Part shown: piece by piece, positions 35,801 through 47,825 of the stretch
How the letters are laid out: the number at the start of each line of letters is the position of its first letter
How positions within the stretch are numbered: position 1 is the stretch's first letter
NCBI RefSeq assembly: GCF_011745625.1
Contig: NW_027191484.1
Location: forward strand, 124,001 to 188,000
Reading direction: 5' to 3'
Source of the DNA: Cladosporium halotolerans
Taxonomy: Eukaryota
Length of the DNA stretch: 64,000 nucleotides
Program-made: the position numbers and the translations under genes
The notes under the pieces: generated by a model
What the model was told of the DNA's origin: nothing
The model's input: only the letters and a program-made list of their open reading frames with translations
Databases searched by the model: none

Positions 35801-36387
35801 TTTGCGTTTGGTCTCCGTGAGTCTCGCCCACCATTTGAGCTCGTTCGCTTCATCGCCGATGATGTGATATTTCCGGATTTTGTAAAATATCTCGCCGTCG
35901 CTAGGAGCTTCTTCGTTGGAATATTCCTCGGTGAGACGCAGTCGAGGTGGATGTGAAAGGTCTGGGCTTTGGTCAGTGTGTGAAGATGCTATCTGGCATC
36001 TGACATACGTTCAGAATAGACCCTGGCGACCCACCACTGGTCGTTTGCATCGAGGAAATTTTGGGCCGCTCTAACGCGATGTTGACCTGTAAGACATCGA
36101 AGGAAGCCAACAGCCAAGATAGGGCGTGTCTCCCACGTCGACGGCGGAGCGTCTTGAAAAGTTACTGGGTCAGCTGCGTCAATCTGGCTGTCAGTTGCCA
36201 GAACATCGATGTAGTTGCGCTCATCCAGTCGTTGGCAGCCTTCGATGTGGAATATTTTGGTGAGCCGACGGACGTTTTGAGCAGAAAGAGGACGGACGTC
36301 ATCAAATTGGAGATCGCCGAGCCCCACCCGCGCTAAGCCCAAAAACTGCCCATACTTCGCGTGCGCAAAATTCGAGACCTCATCCAT
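32879..36387 (-). CDS. DUF3723 protein with a ParB/Srx-like N-terminus and a long C-terminal coiled coil, 4 exons
   Basis: Motifs NVRRLTKIFHIEGCQRLD, CLTGQHRVRAA, EEYSNEEAPSDGEIF, WWARL, LPWPGLW, IPSLFTFFEDLKYLEPCA and QLWLFAFRNFP, RRCGRP. Introns at ~36008-35963, ~35671-35586 and ~34620-34571 link to the coiled-coil ORF 32879-34462. Confidence 0.9.
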
Positions 36388-36613
36388 GACTACGTTAAAA
36401 GTCTAGGGTAGGTGTTCAGTGCGTTCACATAAAGTAAGTCACCTAGTGGCTTGCTTCACGTCGAGGATCACTTACGCATGATCCTGGATTGGGGTCCTCA
36501 CTTCCCGAAAGACGGATCTGTAATCCTGGATTTCGACCACTCTACGAGGCACGATTGGATGCCACATATATTTGAGGACACCACCGTTCTGTCCAACAAA
36601 ATTTCGCCAAAAC

Positions 36614-39600
36614 ATGGCGCCACGCAATCTTTGGCTGACTCTATCTACGACACGTACCGCTGCGACTATCTCACGGTACAATCATGCGTTTGAAGAACTT
36701 GACCTTCCGCCCTCATCATGTCCTTCGCTCACCGTGATGATCGGGAAGAAGACAAAGTCCGACATGCTACACGGGCTCGCCGAAAGGGCAACAAAAGATG
36801 CACTACCGCGATTGCACGGCCAAGCCTATCTTTGCACAGATACGTCCGCAAGGACCAATATGCCTACTATCTACGTAGATTACGAATTCCAGTCCTGGGA
36901 TCATTCACAGTCTAGCGAAGTTTCTGGCATTGGCATCCCACAGAAACATACAATTGATCTCTTTGCGCAGAGCGAGGAAGTCTGGTCGAGGCGAAGAGTC
37001 GGTAACATGATCTGTAGTCGTGGTATTGCTCCTCTATGCGACACCCTCTGTTACTTCTCGATGGATCTGGGAGGAATTCGAGCTGTAGCAATATCGCTTG
37101 CCGAGCATCTGTTGCAAGAACCCTCCTCTGAGATACCTTTTTCGGCTTTGCCCAGGGTTCTCGTGGTTGTGGAGACTGTGGCTCGGAACTTTGACCCACA
37201 TGCAACTGAGGCCCGCATTCTCGCTTTGACGGAGGAGTTCTGGAAGAGAAGCGCACCTGCTTCTCGCGATGGCTTCACTACGAGGCTGAGAGCGCATTAC
37301 TACGACATCCGCGTTATCGGCTTGGGAAAGCGAGCTAAGCCTCAACAGAGATACGTGCAACTTCGGAAGCGCCTCCTATGCATCAAGCGCGAAGTTCACA
37401 ATTCTAGATCGACGTGTGGATTGAGATACAAAAGGGATCATATGTTCGCGTTTGCTAGCAAGATGTTAGAGATCTCAGGTTCGGCGCAGGCTCCACCATT
37501 CTCATTCATCACGATGTCAAGGCCGAGTGGATTTTGCTCGAAAGGGCTTACCGCCCACTTGGAAGATCTGATCTCCCTCATCCCCTCCGAGATATGGCTG
37601 TGCCATTTAGTTGTACCTTTACTTTCCTCCTGTCTGGTGCTCGCAACGTATCCGCCAGGATCTCACGGTAAGCATATGTTTCAGTCTCATGGTATATCGC
37701 TAATTTGTTAGCATTCCCAATAATGATGGCATTTGACCAGCTATATCGGGAGAAATGCATGATGGCTGTCAACAACTCCATAGTTCAAAAGGATGGACGC
37801 GACAGCTTCTTTTTAAACCTGTGTGAAAGACTTCAGATTGACTACGAGCAGCTAAAGGCCTGTTCTGAGGCCGAGCTGGCGACAAAACATCTCCAGCGTC
37901 TCAGTGACGTTCACCAGTACCTAAAGTCGACCAAGAGCCATAAAACTTGCCTTTGCTGTCTGCTACGAGCTCCAGAAAAGGTGTTGTCGTGCGGGCACGC
38001 AATCTGTGATTTGTGTGTTCGCGCCTTCGGAAAGACGAACTCGGAATGGAAGAATGATTTCGCCTTTCCGAACTGCGTCTTATGCGGGGAGCGTAACGAA
38101 AGACCCATGATATCACTGATACCAGCTACAGCTGGTGTGAGATTGTTGAGTCTCGACGGGGGTGGTATAAGGGGAGTCATTCCTCTGGTCTATCTCCAGT
38201 TTCTCCAAGAAGGCCTGGCTGAGCTGGAGGTCCCGCTCCGTGATATGTTCGACTTCGTCTGTGGAACCTCAGCTGGTATGTCCTCGATCCCTAATACTAA
38301 CGTTTTCAGTCAGTCAGAGCTCTGACATACGCTAGGCGGACTGATTGCGATTGGCATGTTCGTTATGTGTTGGGACGCGCGCGAGAGCCTTGAACGGTTT
38401 GAAACGCTTGCTCAAAAGACGTTCGAAGGTTCCTACGGCACTTTTGGGCGTATGCAGCAACTTGTCATCTCCTACCTTCGCGACTGTAGGTATAGTTCTC
38501 TCGCGATCGAAGAGTCGTTCAAATCGGCATTCGCAGACGATAAAGAGGTCAGTCTGTTCAATCCATTGACAAATGACACGAAAGTCGCCATCACAACTAC
38601 TACCGCTAAAGAAAGCGCTGCTTGCATATTCTCCAACTACAACGGTGGATTCCGGCCGAAGGGATTAGGTGCGTAGATTCCTGGAGACGGTAGGCACCTG
38701 CTGACAGGACTAGGGTATAGTCTGATTCGAGCAAAGAAGTCAGAGAATGACATTCTTGTCAGCGAAGCGTAAGTAGTCGTAGCCTCGTTTATTCTTTGCG
38801 ATATGCTAAAGAAAACTAGAGCTTCGTGCACTTCCGCGGCGCCGTGGTACGTATCACCTACTTAATGCATTTCCCTTGATATTATCCACTCACATCACAT
38901 AGGTTCTTCAAGCCCCGGCTTCTCCAAAATCTTGGAACGTTTCAAGACGGCGGCCTCCACTATAACAACCCTTTGAACATTGCGATGTGGGAAACCAAGT
39001 ATATATGGCCTGGCAAGATTGTCGACTTTGCATTATCTATCGGTACTGGCACCAACGACCACGAAACTCACAACTTCAGCGCGGATGCCTTTTCACCTGT
39101 GAAAGATCGATTCATTTCCCGGCTTTACAAGACTTTCATGAAGAGCCTTGACGGGGAGAGAGTGTGGAGGCAAATCTTCAACTCTCTGGCTGAACGCGAG
39201 AAAGGCCGATACCATCGCCTGAACCTACCTATCCAGGGTAAAGAACCTACGCTAGACGATGTTATGTCGATAAAGACTTTGAAAGAACAGGCAAATTGCT
39301 GGATTCGGTCTAATCAAAGGTTCTTGCCCTCGCTGGATTCTATCTATGCTTCGATGTTCTATTTCGAACTGGCTGAGTATCCAATTTACGCGGACAATAC
39401 ATATAAGTGCGTTGGCAACATATATTGCCGGGTCAATATGCCTTCCCAAGGCCGTCGGCGTCTTTACGAGAAGCTTGATTCTACGTCGTCATATTTTTTG
39501 GTGCTAGGAGAGCCTACTCGTTGCGTTGACTACATTCCAGCCTATTCTTCGATGCCACCATTTAAAAGGAGAGTCCAATTCAAAGTGGAAACGCTTGACG

Positions 39601-39764
39601 AAGACATTGGAATAACAATTCTCGGGCTCACCTCCTCTCCAAAGACGATTAGTGGGTTACCAAAGACGGTGACAGAGCTTATCCAGACGCAACAGCTTCG
39701 ATCACCATTCGGAAGGGCGGACCGCAGGGAAGAAGAGAAAGCGCTGCCTCCAACTCCTACCTAG
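36614..39764 (+). CDS. Patatin-like phospholipase with a RING-like Cys cluster (Starship PLP), multi-exon
   Basis: Oxyanion LSLDGGGIRG, nucleophile GTSAG and catalytic FQDGG, plus ARASCTSAAP-type segment and LSIGTG. The CLCCL..CGHAICDLC..CVLC cluster lies upstream. Introns at about 37667, 38276, 38669, 38769 and 38847. Confidence 0.92.
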
Positions 39765-40233
39765 TCTTTTAAATAAATTGTACGAATGATGAAAACATCG
39801 AAGCGTCGGCCATATTTCCAGCTGCCGGGTTTCCGGTGTGCGCACTGATATCGCAAGACGATGTCATTACCGCATGTTCCCACTCAGAGCCTGATTGCAC
39901 ACGAACTAAGAGGCTGCCAGATGATGCTGGTTTTCGTAGACAGTACATCAGGATACGCTGTCGGTGGTGGTCTGTTTCGCTGAGGTCAAAAAGTTCTCTT
40001 GTCGCTCTTGAACATGAGGCGTTTGCTGGGATGCTCATGATCAAAAGGGTACGCGTCGTGCAATGTGACGTCTCGGCTCGGGCACGGATCAACTGCGACC
40101 CGGCTTGGCCCGGTCGTGGGTGGCTCGTGCTCCTTCTTTGGCTTGTTCATCATTCACTCCATAATCAAGTTAGTTACCTTTCTCACTAGTGCTTTTCACA
40201 CTTGCCGTCCCTAAACTCAAATACAGCTGTGAT

Positions 40234-42894
40234 ATGGGCGCGATGATGCTGTCTCCATTCAAGTTCTTGGATAATTTGTACAAGGAGGTGAAATTGAACC
40301 CTCGACAGGCGCAATCTACATTCGAAAAGGCTCGCGACAACATTTTGTCAAATCACAAGGACGCTATCGACTGCGCCGCTGCTTTATTTGATGCAGCGAC
40401 TTCGTTCAACCAGAAGCCACCTTCAGACGCTGAATGGCGGTTGCTAGACGATATTCGAGTGACTGCCGACAGAACTTTACCGTCCAATGATGAAACGCGC
40501 AAGCGACGCGCACTTTTATCTTTGACAGCTATCTGGTCTTCGGACGTTGTTTGCCATTACGGATGGGAACATTCGTCACGGACCACCGTTGAGCTGCTCA
40601 GGCAGTGTGCGCTAGCATTTCCTGACTTCGGATTGCAGATAGCGCCGCTTGCGAACTACATACTGGTCCGTAGACATGAGGAGTCGCTTTTCAACAGCCG
40701 TGTGCCGAGTATCGGCGAGCATCGCCAGTCTTCGAAAGGAGCCCTCGCTCACTCGCCACTCACAACATCAGACATTCAGTTTCTAGCATTCGTTGGGAAA
40801 AATGGCGACCACACTACCTTCGTAGCTTATGCTGTGACCATGGATCCAAGATCAGCTTTTTCCCCGGATGAGTTGAAGCGCCAGCAACGCTGGTGTGGAC
40901 ACGACTTCGAACTCGAGGTACGCGGGAAAACACTGGCATCCTTACGGCCGATGCAGACGGAAAATTTCCTTTTGGGCCACGATCGCTTCGGAATTTTGGT
41001 TCCCCGAAGGTTCGCCCTGACTCCAGCAAAACAAGCAAAGGCGTCTGTTAGATTTAAATCACGAATTTGGGGTGACCCAAACCTCTCAGCGCCAGTGCCT
41101 TGCCAATCAAAGGATTCAGGAGCGGAAGTGAACACGTACAATCAGAAGAACAGACAGATCCCGAAGAGAAAAGCAGAGCAGCGGGATGGCGGACGCCGAA
41201 GTGAACGCGAGACAAAAGCGGACGTTAGTCCGGGAGGCAAAAGGCATCGTACAAATGATGAAGTCGTGCAGCAGGAAGAGGATCGCAGTAGTACAAATTC
41301 TGGCGCCGACAAACATTTTACTGGGTCTGCTGCGCCACCCGATGACGCCGATCTACTTCATTACGAACCTAAACAGCAACGCCAAAGTGGAAGTTTTGGA
41401 GATGATGATGGCTCGCACTCGTTTGTTGCAGCTCCACTTGGGAACGAAGGCACTGTGAGCGGAAACGCTCGATCAGGTAGGACCCGAGCGGTTCATCATC
41501 AATCCCTTCCTCAGCGTGATGGGGAAACGATTGGAGGAGCCATTCTAGACGCGCTAGACCTTGCGACCGACTTGCTCCCCCGGCGCCAATTTGCTCGTAT
41601 GATCTCGCTCGATTTCGCTATCCGTCAGCGCCATTCAAATCTCGTCAAAGCCTATACGGACCGCATCTGGATGGACCCTTCCAGTCAGGCAGAGTATCAG
41701 GTCAGGAAGTCTTGGTTGCGACCGACCACAAAATGGGCAAAAATCTTCACAAGCCCAGGAAGCGGCTTAGGGCGCGGTGAATCGGCAACCGAGGATGACG
41801 CAGACGTCTTCTATGCCACTGGTGAGGAATTTTTCCAACTCTCACGACAAGGGAAAGTCTTCACCAAGCCTGTCGTTATCAAAGAAAATTTCTCCGATTC
41901 AAGTGTATTCACTGTGGAAGACTTTGCATCTTTGCTCATCGACAGATATCCTCGCAATATCCTTCAGGTGCGCGCTCTTGGCCAAAGTACAACGGACGGC
42001 ATTGAGGTCCCGGCTTTCGTCCAAAAGCTATTACCTGAGATTGGTTCCGAGCCAGGCCATCGCCAAATTGGTCTTAACGCATTAGATTTCCAGGGATTGA
42101 CTGCTTGCTCACGCCCAAAGTTCACTCATCTCCGCCGATATCAACTTCTCAAAACGCTGTCTGAGGTGGATACGAAAGATGGTCCAGGAAAACGAGTTGC
42201 CCGTGGTGGGAAACGTATCCCCTACGACATTTCAGACTCGTTGTCTTTCAATATCCTAGGACTTGAAGGGGCATTTTCTGGCCCCCATATGGACGCGCTG
42301 GCTGGGACATGGGTCAGAAATCTTGATGGCATCAAGTTTTGGATGGTAGTCCGCAATGATGAGATGACAAGCAAAGACCGAGATGCATTCTATCAAGCCG
42401 GATCGGAGTGGCTCCCAGACGGCAGAGAGCGTTTGATCGTGCTGGAGCCAGACGATGTCCTTTTTATGCCTCCAGGAGTGCAAGTCATTCATGCAGTACA
42501 CACCCCAAAATGCAGTCTTATGGAAGGTGGAATGATCTGGGACGAGTCAAACCTTCTTGCCATCTTGTCAATACTCCAAGATTTGGGTCGTCATCAGTCT
42601 TCTACCAACGAGCCAATACCGTTTCAGCTCCCCAGGATCATTGAACAACTAGAAGCATTTGTCAGTGCTGATCCTGAGCGCTTCGGCAAACACATGCCTG
42701 ATTTCCAGGCGCACTTCGAAAGTGCCATTCATGCTATCAAGCAGCTGGGCTGCAAGTGCTCGAAGCAGAAATGCTCACCCAGCCAATGCAAATGTTTCCA
42801 GGAGGACCGACGCTGTACAGGTTTCTGTGACAAGCACGCTGAACTACCGCCGAATTTTGGGGAAACGTGTATGAGGGAAGACACTGTCATCTAA
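40234..42894 (+). CDS. JmjC-domain Fe(II)/2OG oxygenase (putative histone demethylase-like) with a C-terminal CXC-like Cys cluster
   Basis: FSGPHMD (HxD), GTWVR..GIKFW, VLFMPPG..IHAVHT (distal His). C-terminal CKCSKQKCSPSQCKC..RRCTGFC. Confidence 0.85.
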   Translation: MGAMMLSPFKFLDNLYKEVKLNPRQAQSTFEKARDNILSNHKDAIDCAAALFDAATSFNQKPPSDAEWRLLDDIRVTADRTLPSNDETRKRRALLSLTAIWSSDVVCHYGWEHSSRTTVELLRQCALAFPDFGLQIAPLANYILVRRHEESLFNSRVPSIGEHRQSSKGALAHSPLTTSDIQFLAFVGKNGDHTTFVAYAVTMDPRSAFSPDELKRQQRWCGHDFELEVRGKTLASLRPMQTENFLLGHDRFGILVPRRFALTPAKQAKASVRFKSRIWGDPNLSAPVPCQSKDSGAEVNTYNQKNRQIPKRKAEQRDGGRRSERETKADVSPGGKRHRTNDEVVQQEEDRSSTNSGADKHFTGSAAPPDDADLLHYEPKQQRQSGSFGDDDGSHSFVAAPLGNEGTVSGNARSGRTRAVHHQSLPQRDGETIGGAILDALDLATDLLPRRQFARMISLDFAIRQRHSNLVKAYTDRIWMDPSSQAEYQVRKSWLRPTTKWAKIFTSPGSGLGRGESATEDDADVFYATGEEFFQLSRQGKVFTKPVVIKENFSDSSVFTVEDFASLLIDRYPRNILQVRALGQSTTDGIEVPAFVQKLLPEIGSEPGHRQIGLNALDFQGLTACSRPKFTHLRRYQLLKTLSEVDTKDGPGKRVARGGKRIPYDISDSLSFNILGLEGAFSGPHMDALAGTWVRNLDGIKFWMVVRNDEMTSKDRDAFYQAGSEWLPDGRERLIVLEPDDVLFMPPGVQVIHAVHTPKCSLMEGGMIWDESNLLAILSILQDLGRHQSSTNEPIPFQLPRIIEQLEAFVSADPERFGKHMPDFQAHFESAIHAIKQLGCKCSKQKCSPSQCKCFQEDRRCTGFCDKHAELPPNFGETCMREDTVI

Positions 42895-43555
42895 AGGACT
42901 TCTGAATCCATGCGTACGTTGTGGGAGCGGATGACAGTCCGTGGGTCAAAGAGACGTCTCGTCTTTGACAAAAGCGTTCAATTCTTGCTCATTCAAGACA
43001 CATGGATACTCGAAGCTGGCGTTGATACAAGCATCTGAATGGTTAATGGCTGATAGACGAGAGGTCTCCATTCTCGAATGGTCCAATCTCCATATAAGGC
43101 TGTGGATGCAGGTTTCTTTGCATGGACAACAATTCGATGTTCGATCCTATCCACTGGCGGCCTGTGAGCTTCGATCAGCAGACACAAGAAAGCCTGACGT
43201 CAATAACATAACGTTGGAAGGCTTGTCGGTTGCTATGCTGACCTGAGACTCCTGTGTTGATCATTTGCCAAGTCCACCTTGTTGAAGAGCCGGTAAGTGA
43301 TCTGCTGTCGTCAAAGTAAATCGATGGCGTATAATTTCGAAGCAAATTGGTGAATAAAGTCCTCATCTCTGAATTTGACGGGAACAGAGAAGCAGCGGGG
43401 GTTTCAGGTACATCAAGTTCTTGAGGCCAACTAATTACAATGAAACAGATCAAACGACGAGAACTAGTACAGTAAAACACGCTTTTTTAGCCGAAGCAGC
43501 TTGCACACAACTCCAGACGATGCATCTTGTGGCTCTCTCATTGAATCGCCACTTC

Positions 43556-44176
43556 TCATGAACTCGCTCTTGGGAGGCCATGGCCACTCCTGCCAGCCAA
43601 AACCACGCCCCTTGCGGTTCCACGGGTCATTTTTCCAATATCTTTGCATACTTCACAATTTTCTCTGAGGCACAGGTGAAAGGGTGCCTCGTCGTCCAGG
43701 AAGACCACGCCAATGTCGTCGCGCCAATACAGCCTGGAGTGTGCGCGAGGAATCTTTGCAAGCCGACTTCGGAGGAGCTCGTTGTCAAGTAGCGCCGCCA
43801 CGGGTTCTTTGTCCAAGTCTTGTATTTTGAACCACCAGGGGCTCCATTGCACCTCAATGTCTTGAACTCCCGATTGCAGTTGCAAAAGCGGCGGAATATC
43901 GCCCCTCGTTTCTTTGTCCGAGCCTTCTATGATAAATCTCTTTCGGGACACATAGGTGTTCTCAGGCAGCTGCTGCGTCAACTGATCGTATTCCCCGACG
44001 TTCATCCTCGTCTTGTCGAATATTGCGAAGAGCTTCAGTTCGTTGTTGAACCACTCAATACCGTGCAGCGAATAGGGTCCACGTCGGGAGGCTTTGCCGC
44101 TATCATTGCAAACAGCGGCTTCAGAGGGCATAGTCCTCACTTGCGTCAAAATATCAAGGCAGGTCTTGGGCACCAT
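43556..44176 (-). CDS. Hypothetical protein
   Basis: ORF with likely start MVPKTCL, a TATA-like element at ~44330 and C-terminal HLCLRENCEVC. Confidence 0.55.
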   Translation of the reverse strand: MVPKTCLDILTQVRTMPSEAAVCNDSGKASRRGPYSLHGIEWFNNELKLFAIFDKTRMNVGEYDQLTQQLPENTYVSRKRFIIEGSDKETRGDIPPLLQLQSGVQDIEVQWSPWWFKIQDLDKEPVAALLDNELLRSRLAKIPRAHSRLYWRDDIGVVFLDDEAPFHLCLRENCEVCKDIGKMTRGTARGVVLAGRSGHGLPRASS

Positions 44177-44733
44177 TTTCGCAGCGGAATTATCTAAGGA
44201 ATTCCAAGTCAGTGCAATTCCAAAGGTCCCAACACCACAATGGTTTCTAACCTGACGCTGTAGCTTTTGGTGGAATATTGTTGGAAGGTAGAAGAAAGCT
44301 GATTTGTTCAAAGTGGTGGTGAAGATTTATATATTGACACGCGACACAATCGAAGCTCAGATGAATACAGAGATCACAGATTCGGCAAAATCGCGTTTCA
44401 GCCTTTGTTGCCCTGAGAGATGCCATATACGTAATCAGAGGATACCCGCATTCAGGTGAATTGAGGGTAGCACGATTTCTCGCTGAGGAATGATGCAGGA
44501 TGGCGGCAATTCCGACAAAGTCGCATGAGGGATGCGCTGGACTATCAGCAGCTTTCTTGACATTCTGAAGGGTCTAGGATGATACTGATGTTTTCTGATC
44601 ACAAGCTCTCAGGTAGAATTAAGACACTTCCAAATTTGGCACCGCAATCAGGTGTTCGTCACTTGGGCACGAGACGCTGGAATATGAACAGGTTGTCATT
44701 GTCCTGATATATAAAAGCTGGCTAAATATGACT

Positions 44734-45654
44734 TCATGGCGAGCGACAAAGAGAGACGAATGTGACCAGATTGAAGGTCCATGTGCGTATGCACTGAGTC
44801 AAGCCCGTGAAACAATCGCTCTCCTCTTCCTCATCCCAGTCAAACACGCAAGTCCCAGATGTTGTGAGTCTTTCAGAGCATCGATATGGGGTGCCGGTGT
44901 CGATGACACGTTGGCGATCGATCGGTCCAACACATGTACAAGAAGGATCACACTTAGTTCCAGTGGGGTCAGGAATTGCTTCAGTCGGGTTGAAGGGTAC
45001 GCTGAGGTTCGAGCAGGGTTGCAGCCCCTCAGGATTTTGCAGATAGTGCACCAGATCCCAACTCGCCCTGCATAATGAAAATCGAGGCATCCGCCTTCCA
45101 ACCAGGAACCTTCCAGCGCGCGTCTTCATGAGAGCATCGATACTGTAGTACTCCCATTCATGGAACGAATTCCATCGTATCTTGAGGCCGTCAATCGAAG
45201 GAGTCAATTCGTACGGACAGTGTGAGACGCTGGGGCTGTGCCATTCGTGCAACATCCGTCGAATCTCCGCTCCAGATAGACAATTCCGGTCTCGGCCCTG
45301 AGCGACCCCCTTGGAGAACAATTGCTGCAGACAGATTTCACCAATATCACATTGACCTAGTAGACCCAATGGTACGAAAGAGCGGCCGATGAGTATCTGT
45401 AAATCGCTTGGGCCTTTGTAGTCGTGAGGTCGATAAAGGTCATGAATCTCCAATCGATCAACGTCTTGCGTCGAATAGTGGAATTCTGGTTCGCCGTTGA
45501 TGGTGAGCTGCCCGATGGCCTTCCATGTTAATTGCACACTTGTCGCTTTGATAGAATCTTCGATGCGAGATACGGCGGTAGCTTGTCGTGGTTCGGCAGA
45601 ATCGAATGCAACACTAAATGCGGAGTCTTTAATCCTGGCTTGTAACATTGTCAT
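44734..45654 (-). CDS. Hypothetical protein with a Cys-rich C-terminus
   Basis: ORF with likely start MTMLQARI and CDPSCTC...YRC...TC...CF...QC near the end. Confidence 0.6.
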   Translation of the reverse strand: MTMLQARIKDSAFSVAFDSAEPRQATAVSRIEDSIKATSVQLTWKAIGQLTINGEPEFHYSTQDVDRLEIHDLYRPHDYKGPSDLQILIGRSFVPLGLLGQCDIGEICLQQLFSKGVAQGRDRNCLSGAEIRRMLHEWHSPSVSHCPYELTPSIDGLKIRWNSFHEWEYYSIDALMKTRAGRFLVGRRMPRFSLCRASWDLVHYLQNPEGLQPCSNLSVPFNPTEAIPDPTGTKCDPSCTCVGPIDRQRVIDTGTPYRCSERLTTSGTCVFDWDEEEESDCFTGLTQCIRTWTFNLVTFVSLCRSP

Positions 45655-47153
45655 GAAGTGATGAGTTTGTAAAGAGAGTAAGGAAGGAAGGTTAAGGAGC
45701 AGCGGGAGACTTGGGAATTGGACGACAGGAATAAGTATCAAGATCATCGTCTTCAATATGCTTACTGATGTGGCGTACCTAGCTGTTTAGTGCCGTCAGG
45801 CAAGCGCCTAACACTTGCGGCAGGGGATGGGATACGTCCATCCCAAATCAAACCGAAATTGCGGCCTGTCCGACATTGGTCCGGGTATTTCGAAGTAAAA
45901 ACTTGAAGAAGAGATAGTAACGTAGGGTGACACAAGAAGACTGGATCAAAGATGCCCGCGTCTGGGCGTTACCTTTTCAGGAAGGACTAATCCGTCCCCT
46001 TCCTCAGAACGCAAGATGAAAGCGAGCTCTTGAGGGCTCGGCGCATTTTCACAAGAATCATTAGACTATAGTGCAGATCTCATGATATCACGGTGTATTG
46101 ATGATGCAAGACGAGGATAGGCCCTGCAATGGTCGAAAGGTGACACATGGCGACGTGCCTAACGACGAAGACTCCAGCTACGAAGTGTCCATAGATGTCT
46201 CGACAATATGACTGGAATCAAATTTCTTCAACTACGAACAACGGTGGATGTCTCCATGCCTGCGATCGGGGAAAGGATTTGCTTTGCCCAACGATACACG
46301 CGCACAAGAACATACGTACATTTGATAAAGTCTTCCCTACATGTTTCTTGGTAAGCTTTGGTGGGCACCAAACGGCACCTTCGCTCACATTGTCGACGTT
46401 GGAACAGGGCCTGGCATTTGGCAATGGATGTAGCAGACTGACCTGGCTCCGATTGAGCCATCTTCTGTCCCGCCCACTCTCACTCACAAGCTCATAGACG
46501 CCAACAAGACCTGGGAAGGCTTCTGCAAGCACCTCGACTTCGTCCACCCCCGCCCAGTGGATTTGGTTGTTACGAGGTTTTGGTGTTTCCTTTTTCATCA
46601 AGACTTCGGCTTCACCATGCAGGTGGTGGCTTCATTGAGAATCAGGAGCTTGACTTCCACTTCGGCTTTGACAATGACAAGCCATCAGAAGCCAGTGCGT
46701 GCGATGAAAGATCCCGTATATGGAACGAAGGCTTCGCCAACTTGGGACTTACAGGTTGATACTTTCCAAAATGATTGAGGTAACAGATGGAAAATGCAGG
46801 CTTCATCCTTGTCAGAAGAGTGGGTCGCAGATAAACATTTGAAGATGGCAAGAAATCTGGATCATGAACATTGTATGAGCGTCAGCCATGATCCCCTCGC
46901 GGTTAGAATGGTCAGTTGATAGCACGGAGACCTTTCTCATCAAGAGCAGGGATGAACGATAGGATGCAACACATCAAACTTCCCTATGTAAGATAACAGG
47001 CTCCCTGACATTCTTATACGAACTTTTCTTAACATCTCTTATATGGGCAAACGCGCGCCTAGCACGGACTCGATAGCCATCCCACTGGTGTTAGGGGTTG
47101 ATGCTAGAGTGGCATCAGAGTAGTCTCATGCGACAGTCGAGCAGCTGCGCATT

Positions 47154-47825
47154 TCATTTTGGCTTTGGAGGTACTGGAGGATCATGGACACCAACTCGAT
47201 CCTCCGCGCACCCTTTGAAATTGCTAACACAATCTCCAGCTTCGTGTGGGAAGAATGACCATTCCGTTATGACCCCCTTGAAATCATTCAAACCGCTTCT
47301 TGAGAGAGTGGAGAGTATGCATTGGTCTTGCGGCAGTACGGTTTCAATCCAAGGCCCGTGATGAGGAGAAATCCTTGAGAGACCAAGCACGCTTTGCAAT
47401 CCCATATTCTGCAAGCTCGAGCTGAGCTCAATTAAGAAAGTCGGACTGGGCATCTGGAGTGGCTCATGCTCGTCTGCCACAAGGTATTCAAGTGCAGATA
47501 AGCCGAAGGGTGGTTCCCATGAGAACAGGTAGGGAGTCAGATGGCGCATTCCAAGCTTCTCGGGTCTGCAGCTGTAGGTATTGTTCGAGAGCTTCGAGTG
47601 TACCATGACAAATTGGGGATCGATCCGAACGTGACGATGGAGCAGTGCAAGGCCGAAGCGATCGTGGACCTCGTGTCGCAGGAATATAGCCGCTAGCTCT
47701 CGGAGATCACTTCGTTGGACAAGATTTCGCTGCTCATCAATAAGAGGGAGCGCGTTGTAATCGGCTGCGTTGTCGCGTCCATGCCTATGGAAAGACATCT
47801 TCCTGCGCGTGGATGTTGCAGTCAT
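47154..47825 (-). CDS. Conserved fungal hypothetical protein (FGLALLHRH motif)
   Basis: Single 223-aa ORF with YNALP..LAAIFLRHEVHDRFGLALLHRH, a motif I recognise from uncharacterised fungal proteins. Confidence 0.7.
   Translation of the reverse strand: MTATSTRRKMSFHRHGRDNAADYNALPLIDEQRNLVQRSDLRELAAIFLRHEVHDRFGLALLHRHVRIDPQFVMVHSKLSNNTYSCRPEKLGMRHLTPYLFSWEPPFGLSALEYLVADEHEPLQMPSPTFLIELSSSLQNMGLQSVLGLSRISPHHGPWIETVLPQDQCILSTLSRSGLNDFKGVITEWSFFPHEAGDCVSNFKGCAEDRVGVHDPPVPPKPK

Noticed and set aside
45800..47000. Gene in ORFs 46218-46601 and 46642-46851
   Set aside because: Fragmentary frames with stops and no recognisable motif or consistent splice model. It may be a relic but cannot be supported.
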